From an uncultured Acidobacteriota bacterium (GTDB lineage Bacteria > Acidobacteriota > Thermoanaerobaculia > UBA5066), in assembly GCA_963779415.1 (NCBI GenBank), contig CAVZYA010000001.1, positions 1,056,001 to 1,120,000 on the forward strand: DNA of 64,000 nt, written 5' to 3'. The notes beneath the pieces were generated by a model. That model did not search any database and was not told the origin of the DNA. It saw only the letters and a program-made list of their open reading frames with translations. Position numbers and translations under genes: made by a program. Below, one piece after another: positions 52,533-62,314 of this stretch (positions are counted from its first letter, which is position 1; each line of letters starts with the position of its first letter).

Positions 52533-55403
52533 CTACTGCGGGAGGAGCGTCGCCGGGTCGTTCGTCCCGTTGTTGACGAGCGAGGCGAATCCCGTGAAGG
52601 TCGCTCCCGGAGTCGTCGTCCAGACGACGAGGGTCCCCGCCGATCCGTTCGGCGCCCCGACGCCCGTCGTGACGACCCGGTTGATCTGCGTCATCCCGAG
52701 CGGCGCGAGCGTCACGCTCTGCGTCGTTCCGAGCTGCGTCCCGTCGTCGGCGTACAGGGCGTAACCGACGTGTGATCGGGTAGGGCGGTGATCCCTCCGT
52801 CCGGCGGCCCGTTCACGAGGACGAGGTTGGTCCTCACCTTGTCATCCTCGCGGACTCCCACGATCGCCACATTCGTCCCGGGCCGGAACCACGACGCGCT
52901 CGGGATCCCCGGCACGCTCTGGCCGAAGCGCCCCGGCCCGGATGGCGCCGGGGTCGTCGTCACGCTGTCGATGGCGAGACCCGGCGAGCTGCTCGTGACG
53001 AGGATGGCGCCGAAGTCCCGGTTCGACGAAAGGCCGAAGACAGAGCCGAGGACGTCGCGGAACGTGTAAGCCGTCTGCGGGTTCAGGGAGTAGCTCTTCG
53101 TCGGTCCCGTGCTTCCGTCGGGCGTCCCGAACGCGAGATAGCGCAGCGTCACGTTCGCCGACGTGGAGCCGACGTTCGCGAGGAAGAAGTCGGTGGTGTA
53201 CATGGCCGGGGCTGCCACCGTGCCGCCGGCGGACCGGGCGACCGAGGGGACGATGAAGCTGGCGGCGCCGCTTCCGCCGAACCCGGTCGAGGCGAAGAGA
53301 GTCGCCGGGTCGTTCGTCCCGAGATTGTCGAGGAGGGAGGCGAAGGCCGTGAAGGCGCCCCCCGAGGTCGTCGTCGAGAGCGTGATCGTCGCGTTCGACG
53401 TGCTGCGGGTCCCCGTGATCGTCTGGATGACGCGGGGGAGCTGGGTCATCTCCAGCGGCTGCAGCGTCGGCGGCGTCAGCGTCCCGAGGTTCGCGCCGTT
53501 GTCGTCCCGGAGGCCGACCAGAACGTCGAGCGGCTGGTCCGTGGCGTTGACGAGGACGAGGTTCGTCCGGGCGGTGGCGTCCTCACGGACTCCGGCGATC
53601 GCTCCCGGGGAGCCGGGCGAGATGAGCTGGGACGCCATCACCGCCGGAACGCTCTGGCCGAAGGCTCCCGTGCCGTCGGGCGTCGGCGTCGTCGTGACGC
53701 TCGAGATCTTCAGCGACGCCGAATTCGCGCTGACCCGGATCGCGCCGTAGTTGTTCCCCGTGAGGCCGAAAAGAGACGAGAGGACGTCCGCGTAGGTGAG
53801 GGCGTCTCCCGGGGCCACCGTCGCCGTCTGCTCGGGGCCCGAGGTCCCGTCCCCGTCGTGGCCGAGAAACTTGAATATCATGGTCGCGTCCGAGGACCCT
53901 TCGTTCGCGACGAAGAGGTCCGTCGTGAAAAATGCCGGGGCGGCCTGGCGTGCCGCCGGCCGTATGGGCGACCGATGCGACGTAGTAGTACGTCGGACCG
54001 ATCGGCGACGAGCCCCACCAGCCGATGTCCCGGAGGGCGTTCGGCGTGATGTCGACCCCGATCGGGAGGTCGTTGTTGATGACCGGCTCCAACAGGATAT
54101 CCGGGACGCACGACGTGTCCCAGTGTGAGACGGACGAGCCCGGCTCTACCGGGTTCGGCGCGTAGAGGAGCATCTGCCCGGCCGTGTTCATCCCGGCGGG
54201 GTGGCTCGGATCGAGGCCGATCGTGGCCTGCGCGGGGAGGTTCGCCCGCAGCGTCACGCCGTCCGCCTGCGAGATGCCTACGACGGGAATGGTGACCGAG
54301 GGGGCCGTCCCGCTCATCCCCTGCGCTCCCCCCTCCACGTTGTTCGCGACGACCATCCCGATCGCCCCGGCCGCCTGGACGTTCAACGCCTTCTGCGTGA
54401 AGGCGCAGCTCCCGCGGTCCACGAGCGCGATCTTCCCGGCGACGGCGGAGGCGTTCGTCAGGGGCGAGCAGGCGTCCGTTGTCAGGGGTCCGGACGGATC
54501 GGCCGGGTCCAGTGCCGCGACCAGCGTCCCGGAGACGCCCGGGAGCGTGATCACCGCCCCGAAGTCCGCCGTCGCCACCGTATACGATCCCGCAGCCGCG
54601 GCCGGCGAGGAGACCATGAGGGCCGGACCCTTCGACAGGTATGCCGCCCCCGCCGCGTTCGCGGCCGGGCCGGACCAGACGAGGTTCCCCGTGTTGATCG
54701 CCGAAGCCTGCCGCTCGGCGTCCGTCGCCATGTCGTTCCAGCTCTTCTTCGCCGTCGTGTCGTAGGCGAAGGCGTCGAAGATGTCGGGCTGCGGCTGGCT
54801 CCCGCAGCAGAAGGTCCCCGTCGACTCGCTCGCGAGAGAGACGAAGCCGAGTCCGTGGGCGAACTCGTGGAGCGTGACCGTCAGCAGGTTGATGTCGCTG
54901 GAAGGCGTGTTCGTGTCGAAGCCGTAATAGAAGAATTCTCCACTAAGGCAGCCGGACTGCCCCAGCTTGCTGTTGAACTGTGTCGTCATGTGCGAGTTGC
55001 CCGGCTCGAGGTCGTAGCCCGCGAGCTGGCTCGCCTCGGCCACGACGTACCAGACGCCCGGGAGGACTCCGCCGGCGAAATCGGACTCGACCCAGTCCGG
55101 CGACGTCCCCCCGAGGACGGCCGTCGTCGACGAACACGAGAGCGGCTCAAAAGAGGCGTAGACGGTGATGTTGACGCTCCCGGGGAGGATGCCGCCCCAG
55201 ATATCGGCGGCCTTCTGCAGGACGTTCAGGCGCTGCTGGCCGATCGTCGTCCCGGGGTTTCCGCCGACGGGCGTGACCGAGGTCGGGTCGTTCAGCCCCT
55301 GCCCGGCGGCGTCCTTGTTGACGATCGTGATCGTCACCGCGTGGGCGGGGAGGGCGACGAGGAAGACGAGAAGGCCCGCGAGAAGAAGCGTCGCTCGGCG
55401 CAT
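52533..55403 (-). CDS. Secreted PA-domain zinc metallopeptidase with a duplicated C-terminal module; frameshifted near 53945 and 52780
   Basis: Signal peptide, 'PVGGNPGTT.G.QR', HEFAHGLG, PA domain (GKIALVDRG.C.F..KA.N.Q.AGA) and GSSVSHWD. It continues through ORFs 52712-53881 and 52533-52715. Confidence 0.8.
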
Positions 55404-55407
55404 CGCG

Positions 55408-55845
55408 TCACTTCTCCTCGGCGGCGGGCTTGGCCGCGGGGGCGGGAGCTTTCAAGGCCTCGTCCACCTTCGAGGCCGGCACGCACTCCTCGGAGAGCGT
55501 TCCGTCCGCGTTCTTCCGGACGACGGAATAGCGGAAGTACTCGGGGCCGAGCTGCGCCCTCTTCCGTCCCGACGGGAGGGTCTCGACGGTCGTCGTCCGG
55601 GCCCCCGTCGCGAAGACCGGCTTGAGGCCCGCGCCCGCCGCGCGAAGAGCCTCGATCTCCTTCGCCGTCGCCGGGCGAAGCTTCCCTGTTTCGGGGTCCC
55701 TCGCGACGATCAGCCGCGGGGCGGTCTTCCCCGCGCTCTCGGCCGCGGGTGCCGCCGGCTTTGAATCCTTCAGCTCGTCCGCAACGACGGCAGACGAGAA
55801 GAACAGAAATCCCGAAACCACGACGACTCCGACGACTGTTCTCAT
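55408..55845 (-). CDS. Small secreted protein partnered with the peptidase
   Basis: Signal peptide and motif 'VARDPETGKLRPAT..E', then 'SVVRKNADGTL..EC'. Its stop is 4 nt before the peptidase start. Confidence 0.75.
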   Translation of the reverse strand: MRTVVGVVVVSGFLFFSSAVVADELKDSKPAAPAAESAGKTAPRLIVARDPETGKLRPATAKEIEALRAAGAGLKPVFATGARTTTVETLPSGRKRAQLGPEYFRYSVVRKNADGTLSEECVPASKVDEALKAPAPAAKPAAEEK

Positions 55846-55903
55846 TCTCGAGACTCTCCCCATTCCTCATTAGAGGTCACTTCTGACCGGCAGGAGAAGG
55901 TAG

Positions 55904-55919
55904 AGCAAGGCGCATACCT
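55904..55919 (-). promoter_or_regulatory. Sigma-54 (-24/-12) promoter candidate
   Basis: Minus strand AGGTATG-CGCC-TTGCT has exact GG-N10-GC spacing, against the consensus TGGCACG-N4-TTGCW. Confidence 0.6.
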
Positions 55920-55954
55920 CTCCCAACCTGACCTGAAGTGACTCATTCTTCGTT

Positions 55955-56995
55955 TTACTTTCGCCCGGACGCCCGGAACGCGTCCAGAGCCCGGGTCATC
56001 TCTTCCACTCCCACGTCCGCGTGGGTGACGAGGCGGATGGTGTCGGCGCTGGAGGCGCCGGCGAGGACCCCCTTTTCGCGGAGAGCCGCGAGGAGGGTCG
56101 AGGCGTCGCCGAAGACGGCCGGGTCGAGCGTCACGAAGAGGATGTTCGTCTCGACGGAGCCGGGATCGACGCCGAGGCCGGGGATGCCGGCCAGCTCCTC
56201 GGCGAAGCGGCGGGCGAGGCGGTGGTCCTCGGAAAGCCGGTCCCTCTCGTTCTCGAGGGCCACGAGGGCGGCGGCGGCGATGACGCCCACCTGCCTCATC
56301 CCTCCCCCGAAGAGCTTCCGGACGCGGCGCGCCTCGGCGACGAACGCCTCGGAGCCGGCCACGGCACTTCCGACCGGGGCGCGGAGCCCCTTCGAGAAGC
56401 AGACCATCACGGAGTCGAACCCGGCGGCGAGCGTCGCCACCGGCACGCCCCGCGCGGCCGCCGCGTTCCAGAGCCGCGCCCCGTCGAGGTGGGCGGCGAT
56501 CCGCTTCTCCTTCGCGAGGGCGAGGATCGCGGCGACGTTCTCGTCCCTGAGGATCGCCCCTCCGGCGAAGTTGTGCGTGTTCTCGAGCGCCACGACGGAC
56601 GTGCGAGGCAGGTAGTAGACCGTCTCCGGCCGGACCCACGGCTCGACGAGCGCGCGGGTCAGGTGCCCCCCGTCGCCGGCGACCGGCCGCGGGAGGAGGC
56701 CGGAGAGCGCCGCCATCGCCCCCATCTCGTAATGGAAGATGTGGCATTTCGACTCGAGGATCACCTCGGTCCCCGACCGCCCGTGGACCCGGAGCGAGAT
56801 CTGGTTTCCCATCGAGCCGGACGGGACGAAGAGGGCGGCTTGCTTCCCGAGTATCTCCGCCGTCCGCTCCTCGAGGCGGCGGACGGTCGGGTCCTCGCCG
56901 TAGACGTCGTCGCCCACCTCGGCTTCGGCCATCGCCCGGCGCATGCCGGCCGTCGGCCTCGTCACCGTGTCCGAACGGAAATCCGAGATCCTCAC
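55955..56995 (-). CDS. ltaE: Low-specificity L-threonine aldolase
   Basis: DFRSDTVT.PT, GDDVYGEDP, LENTHN, HLDGAR, PLP lysine in SKGLRAPVGS, and GGGMRQ.G. Confidence 0.93.
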   Translation of the reverse strand: MRISDFRSDTVTRPTAGMRRAMAEAEVGDDVYGEDPTVRRLEERTAEILGKQAALFVPSGSMGNQISLRVHGRSGTEVILESKCHIFHYEMGAMAALSGLLPRPVAGDGGHLTRALVEPWVRPETVYYLPRTSVVALENTHNFAGGAILRDENVAAILALAKEKRIAAHLDGARLWNAAAARGVPVATLAAGFDSVMVCFSKGLRAPVGSAVAGSEAFVAEARRVRKLFGGGMRQVGVIAAAALVALENERDRLSEDHRLARRFAEELAGIPGLGVDPGSVETNILFVTLDPAVFGDASTLLAALREKGVLAGASSADTIRLVTHADVGVEEMTRALDAFRASGRK

Positions 56996-57033
56996 GGGCG
57001 CGGAGTTTAGCCGGATGGCAGAATCGGTGCCCG

Positions 57034-57693
57034 ATGTCCCTCGTCCTCGTCGAGACTTTTCCCGTCGGCCCCCTCGGATGCAACTGCGCGGTCGTTGCCG
57101 ACCCGGAGACGAAGGAGGCGATCGTCCTCGACCCGGGCGACGAGCCGGAGAGGATTCTGGACGTTCTGAGACGGAACGAGCTGAAGGCCGTCGCCCTCGT
57201 CCATACGCATGCGCATTTCGACCACGTCGGCGTCACGGCCCGCATCAAGAAGGAGACGGGCGCGCCGATCTTTCTCCACGAGAGTGACCTGCCTCTCTAC
57301 GAGCGGCTCCGGGAACAGGGACGGATCTTCGGCTTCGACTTCGAGGCGCCGGAGGGGGTCGACCGCTTCCTCGCCGAAGGAGATCGCGTCCCCTGCGGCG
57401 GCGGGTTCCTCGAAGTCCTCCACACGCCCGGCCACACGCAGGGGAGCGTCTGCCTCCGCCTCCCCGGCGACCGCCCGCTCCTCTTCTCGGGCGACACTCT
57501 CTTCCGGCGCTCGATCGGGCGGACCGACCTCCCGGGGGGCTCGACGCCGCAGATCCTCTCCTCGATCGAGACGAAGCTCCTCACCCTCCCCGGCGATCTC
57601 GAGGTCCTCCCCGGCCACGGCGAGCCGACGACGATCGCCGAAGAGTCGCGGCTCAATCCGTTCGTCGGGTCGCGCAGCAGGAGACTCTTCTAG
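57034..57693 (+). CDS. Metallo-beta-lactamase-fold hydrolase (glyoxalase II/YcbL-like)
   Basis: THAHFDH, HTPGHT.G, FSGDTLF..SIGRTDLPGG and PGHG. Confidence 0.92.
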   Translation: MSLVLVETFPVGPLGCNCAVVADPETKEAIVLDPGDEPERILDVLRRNELKAVALVHTHAHFDHVGVTARIKKETGAPIFLHESDLPLYERLREQGRIFGFDFEAPEGVDRFLAEGDRVPCGGGFLEVLHTPGHTQGSVCLRLPGDRPLLFSGDTLFRRSIGRTDLPGGSTPQILSSIETKLLTLPGDLEVLPGHGEPTTIAEESRLNPFVGSRSRRLF

Positions 57694-60287
57694 CCCCCGG
57701 TCGCACCGGCGGCGGGATCTTCGGGATGTGGACGCGGAAAGTGGTGCCGCGCCCCGGCTGGCTCTCGGCCGTCACGGTCCCGCCGTGCAGATCGACGAAC
57801 GCCTTGACGAGCGAGAGGCCGATCCCCATGCCGCGGGAGATCCGCTCGCTCCGGTCGTCCGACTGCCGGTAGCGCTCGAAGATGTGAGGCAGGTCGTTCG
57901 GGTCGATGCCGGCCCCCGTGTCCTTCACGACGAAGTCGACGCCGTTCTCCCCCGCCCGTGCCGCAAGGTCGATGCGCCCCCCGCGCGGCGGTGAACTTCA
58001 CCGCGTTGTGGAGAAGGTTCCAGAGCACCTGCCGCATCCGGACGGGATCGACGCGGACGATCGAGGCGCCCGGCGCCGGAGCGTCGACGGCGAGGAGGAT
58101 TCCCTTGCCTTCGGCCATGACCGAGACCGGCTCCACCGCCTCGGCGACGATGGAGGCGAGGTCCGTCTCTACGGCCTCCAGCTTCGCCTTCCCCTCCTCG
58201 TACCGCGACAGGTCGAGGAGGTCGGAGATGAGGACGAGGAGGAACTGCGCGGAACGGCGGATCTGCGCCATCGCCGTCAACGAGGTTTCGGAGTCGGGGC
58301 GGTCCTCGGCGAGGATCTCGCTCCAGCCGAGGATCGCCGTGAGCGGCGTCCGGAGCTCGTGGTTGACGTTCTGCAGGAAGTGGTCGCGCTTCCGCTGCGC
58401 GTCGCGAAGCCGCTCGTAGCTGCGCTGCAGCTCCTCGTAGAGGCGGGCGTTCCGGAGGAGGAGCGCGGCCTGGTCCGCCAGATTCTCGAGGGCGGCCCGG
58501 TCGTCCGCGTCGAAGCCGTCGGGCTTGTCCGCGACGGCCAGGACGCCGAGAGTCCCCGCCTCGGTGCGAAGGGCCGCGAAGGCGACGTTCGCCGTCACGC
58601 CCAGCTCGTCGAGGAAGCCGGGCGAGAGCCGTGGATCCCCGAGGAGATCGTTCAGGATGTACGTCTCGCCGCTCTGATAGCTCGCGACCGCGAAAGACCG
58701 GTCGGAGAGCCCGAGGCGCCGGCCGCGGAGCGCGGCCTCCGGGACGCCGAAGCCGGGGGGGGTCAGCGCGAGCGAGCGCGTCTCGGGCTCCCAGAGCGCG
58801 AGCCAGCTCTTCGACGCGCCGACGCCGTCCGCGACGAGCCGGGTGAGGCGGGCGTAAGTCTCCTCGGGGCTCGTCATCACGGAAGCCGTTCCCGAAAGCT
58901 GGTGGGCCCTCTCCATCGTGGAGATCCGGCGTCGGACGCGACGCTCGAGGGCGCGGAGCGCCGAGACGAGGCGCCCGACCTCGTCCGGATGGCTGAGCGC
59001 CCCCAGCTCGGGCGCCTCCTGCCCGCCCGCGATGGCGTCGGCGAAGCGGGCCGCGCGGCGGACGGGCGCCATCGCCCGCGCCACCACGGCGACGACGAGC
59101 CCGGCGAAGAGCGTCGCGAGGCCGAGGTAGAGAAGGCGGAGGCGATTGCGCGTCCGGTGGTCGGTGGCGAAGACGGCGCGCGCCTGCGCGTCGGCCTCCG
59201 CCCGGACCGACGTCATCGCGATCTGCCGGGCGTACGTCCACGGCAGACCCTCCAGACGGCGCAGGTCGACGAGATGAGTCTCGCCGCCGGCGGAGAGCTC
59301 GAACTCCCCGAAGTTGCCCCGCGCCGCGAGCCCCCGGAGCGAAACGATCTCGTCGTCAGCCAGCGCCCCGGGCGGATGGACGATCGGTGCCTCGTCGCGC
59401 GGGATCAGGGCCTCCACCTGCTCCGCGACCTCCCGGTGCTCGTCGGTCTCGAGGAGCCGTTCGAGGGCCCAGTCGGCGCCGACCTCGCCGAGAAGTCGGC
59501 CGCCGTTCCCCTGGATCAGACGTATGCCGGTCGCGATGCGCCCCATTCCACGGTAAAGATCGCCATAGATGTGCGTCCAGACGACGGCGTCCGGCCGGGC
59601 GTCGGGCGCGAACAGAGGGGCCGCCTGGCGTGTCGGCGACCGAAAGTCGGCCGGAAGGCCCGCTTCCCGGACGAAGCGAGAGACGTCTCCGCCCGGGACC
59701 GCCCGGATGACACCGGACGCCGTCGTGACGGAGAGCGAAACGACGCCGGACTCTCCGGCCATGAGCGAGAGGAACGGGCTCTCCAGGGCACGGGACGCCG
59801 CGACGGAGCGAAGCGCCTCGGCCGATCGGGCGAAGGCGGGCATCACGATGGCCACGCTCGGCCGCCCCGGACGAGTCGCGAGGAATCCTCCGGGAAGGGA
59901 GTCGAGCGGCTCGCCGGGGAGATCTCCTGCCGGCGCGGACGAAAGAGCGGCGGCAGATGCTGCCGCCGCCTCACCGAGAATCTGCCGGATCCGTTCGGCC
60001 TGGCCTTCGATCTCGTGGACGCGAAGATCCGCGACCGAGCGGAGGAGCATCTTCTCGCGCTGCGTCGCTTGCTCAAGGAGGATGGCCATGACCTCCTTCT
60101 CGGAGTGGGTGCTCTCCCGGTCGGCGAGGAACCAGTAGACGGAGACCGGAACGAGGGCCAGCGGCAGAAGAAGCCAGACGAGCCGAGCCGTGAGGGATCG
60201 GCCGGGTCGCCACCATCCGCCGCTGGACGGAGTCGGGCTCTCCGCGGTGATGCGGGCCGCTCGCGGGCGGGGCGCCTCGGCGCTCAC
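57653..60287 (-). CDS. Membrane sensor histidine kinase (Cache-like, HAMP, GAF, HisKA, HATPase), frameshifted near 57980
   Basis: Two TM helices, HAMP 'DEVGRL', GAF, H-box NHELRTPL and N-box NLLHNAVKFT. G1 DTGAGI and G2 GMGIGL are in the 57653-57928 frame. Confidence 0.88.
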
Positions 60288-60376
60288 GGGAATACGAGCT
60301 TAGCCCGAAGCGGACCTCGCGGGGCGACGCTCGAAGATCGCGCCTCCGCGAATTCACTTCCGGCACAAAGACTCTG

Positions 60377-61012
60377 TCATCTGTCCCCGTCGCGACTCGC
60401 CGAAAGGCCCGAGGTCGACCAGTCGAATCGCGTCGCCTCGGAGTTGTCGAACATGTGTTTCATGCTGTTTTCGGCAGCGACGACGGCGAGGGCGATACCG
60501 AGGACGCCGAGGCCGACCCCGACGACAGCCGCCGTCGGGAACTTGCTGAGGACGATCCGGGCCTGTGCCTGTTCGCCCGGGCCGAGTTTGAGCGTGTCGT
60601 TGTCCGAGCCGGCGGAATTTCCTGACGCATCGCCCGGCTTCGGGCCCCACTCGACCTGCAGCCGGTAACGGCCGGGCGCGAGCTTGTCCGCCGACCAGGC
60701 GTTGCCACTTCCTTCGCGGACGGGGATCGTCGTGGACTGCCTGTCGTCGAAGAGCTTCCACGCGAGCGTCCGTTGAGAGAGGACGTCCTTGTGGGAGTCC
60801 GAGACCGATTCGAAGACTTTGGCCTCGAGCGTGGCCGTTTCGGTCGTCGTCGAAGTGATCCGGACGACCTCGGTCGAGACGCAGCCGTCGAACGCGAGCG
60901 GAGCAAGCGCGACGAGCAGCAGACGGGCGGTCGCCCGAATCAGTACGGAAGGCGGAAGCGGTTTCGTTCGTCTATTCATGGGCCTGCTCCGTTCCATCCC
61001 TTTGATGGACAC
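60377..61012 (-). CDS. Putative lipoprotein with a beta-sandwich domain and a C-terminal TM helix
   Basis: Hydrophobic stretch ending in '..DGC' (imperfect lipobox), 'L.PGRYRLQV' and hydrophobic 'AAVVGVGLGVLGIALAVVA'. Start may be ATG 60979. Confidence 0.6.
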   Translation of the reverse strand: MSIKGMERSRPMNRRTKPLPPSVLIRATARLLLVALAPLAFDGCVSTEVVRITSTTTETATLEAKVFESVSDSHKDVLSQRTLAWKLFDDRQSTTIPVREGSGNAWSADKLAPGRYRLQVEWGPKPGDASGNSAGSDNDTLKLGPGEQAQARIVLSKFPTAAVVGVGLGVLGIALAVVAAENSMKHMFDNSEATRFDWSTSGLSASRDGDR

Positions 61013-61047
61013 ATCGAAGCTGGGCCCTTCAACCGGGCAAGTCTTCG

Positions 61048-61079
61048 GGAATTTTCAGGGAATTTTCAGAAACCCTGAA
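61048..61079. promoter_or_regulatory. Tandem 11-bp direct repeat with an overlapping inverted repeat (regulator site candidate)
   Basis: GGAATTTTCAG twice (61048-61069), and TTCAGGG (61054-61060) paired with CCCTGAA (61073-61079). Confidence 0.6.
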
Positions 61080-61087
61080 GAACAGCT

Positions 61088-62314
61088 CTACTCGTAGCGC
61101 AGCGCTTCTATCGGGTCCAGCCTGGAAGCTTTCAGCGCCGGGTAGAAGCCGAAGGTGATGCCGACGAGGGCCGAAAAGACGAACGCGAGGTAGATGGCGT
61201 TCGCCTCCACCGAGACGGGCCACCCCGCGAAGCGGGCGACGAGCTTCTGGATCCCGATCCCGACGCCGATCCCGAGCGCGCCTCCGGTGATCGCGAGGAC
61301 GACCGCCTCGACGAGAAACTGCGCCCGGATGTCGCCCCCCTTCGCTCCGATCGCCATCCTCACGCCGATCTCGCGCGTCCTCTCGGTCACCGAGACGAGC
61401 ATGATGTTCATGATCCCGATCCCGCCGACGAGGAGAGACACGCCGGCGATCGACCAGAGGAGCGCGCTCATCGTGCGGCTCTGCTCCTCGGCCTGCTGGA
61501 GCATCTCGGTCTGGGACCGGATCATGAAGTCGTCGTCCTGTCCGGCCGCCTTGTTGATCTTGTGGCGCTGGCGGAGGAGCGCCGTGATCTCCTCCTGCGC
61601 TCGAGGCACCAGCTCGTTCGAGCTCGCCGAAGCGAGGACCGCGCCGACGGCCGTCGTCCCCATGATCTTCTTCTTGACCGTCTGATAGGGGGCGACGACG
61701 ACGTCGTCCTGGTCCTGCCCCATCGTCGAGCCCCCCTTCGCCTCGAGGACGCCGAGGACCTTGAAGGGAATGTTCTTGATCCGGATCGTCTTTCCGACGG
61801 GGTCCTCGTCGCCGAAGAGCGTCGTCGCGACGGTCTGGCCGAGGACGCAGACCTTGGCTGCGGCGCGGTTGTCCGCGTCGGTGAAGAACTGGCCGGAAGC
61901 GACGTTCCAGGACCGGATCAGCGGCCAGTCGACCTCGCCCCCCTGGATGGATGTGGACCAGTTCTGGTTCCCGTAGATCACCTGAGCCACGGTCCGGATC
62001 GTGGCCGAGACGTATGCCACGGTGCCGATTTCCTTCCGGATCGCCTCGACGTCTTCCCCGGAGAGCTTCGAGTTGGACCCCCAGCCGGCCCGCGCCCCCG
62101 AGGAGGTCGTCGTGCCGGGGAAGATCATCAGGAAATTCGTCCCGAGAGACCGGAGCTGGTTCTCGGCCTGGAGGCGCGCCCCCTCGCCGATGCCGATCGT
62201 GGCCACGACGCAGGCGACGCCGATGATGATGCCGAGGGCGGTCAGGAGCGAGCGGAGCTTGTTCCGTCCGAGGGCACGGAAAGCCACCTTCAGAATGTTC
62301 GTCGTCTTGGTCAT
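61088..62314 (-). CDS. MacB-like ABC permease
   Basis: RSLLTALGIIIGVA, GGIGIMNIMLVSVTERTREIG.R.A.GA and YPA.KASRLDPIEALRYE. Confidence 0.93.
   Translation of the reverse strand: MTKTTNILKVAFRALGRNKLRSLLTALGIIIGVACVVATIGIGEGARLQAENQLRSLGTNFLMIFPGTTTSSGARAGWGSNSKLSGEDVEAIRKEIGTVAYVSATIRTVAQVIYGNQNWSTSIQGGEVDWPLIRSWNVASGQFFTDADNRAAAKVCVLGQTVATTLFGDEDPVGKTIRIKNIPFKVLGVLEAKGGSTMGQDQDDVVVAPYQTVKKKIMGTTAVGAVLASASSNELVPRAQEEITALLRQRHKINKAAGQDDDFMIRSQTEMLQQAEEQSRTMSALLWSIAGVSLLVGGIGIMNIMLVSVTERTREIGVRMAIGAKGGDIRAQFLVEAVVLAITGGALGIGVGIGIQKLVARFAGWPVSVEANAIYLAFVFSALVGITFGFYPALKASRLDPIEALRYE

Noticed and set aside
55864-55954. Known riboswitch upstream of the peptidase operon
   Set aside because: I could not match c-di-GMP, SAM, TPP, cobalamin or glycine consensus elements by eye. 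An Rfam/Infernal scan would settle it.
57034-57693. MBL-fold gene as a beta-lactamase or defence nuclease
   Set aside because: No signal peptide, and the SIGRTDLPGG motif fits housekeeping glyoxalase II-like proteins.
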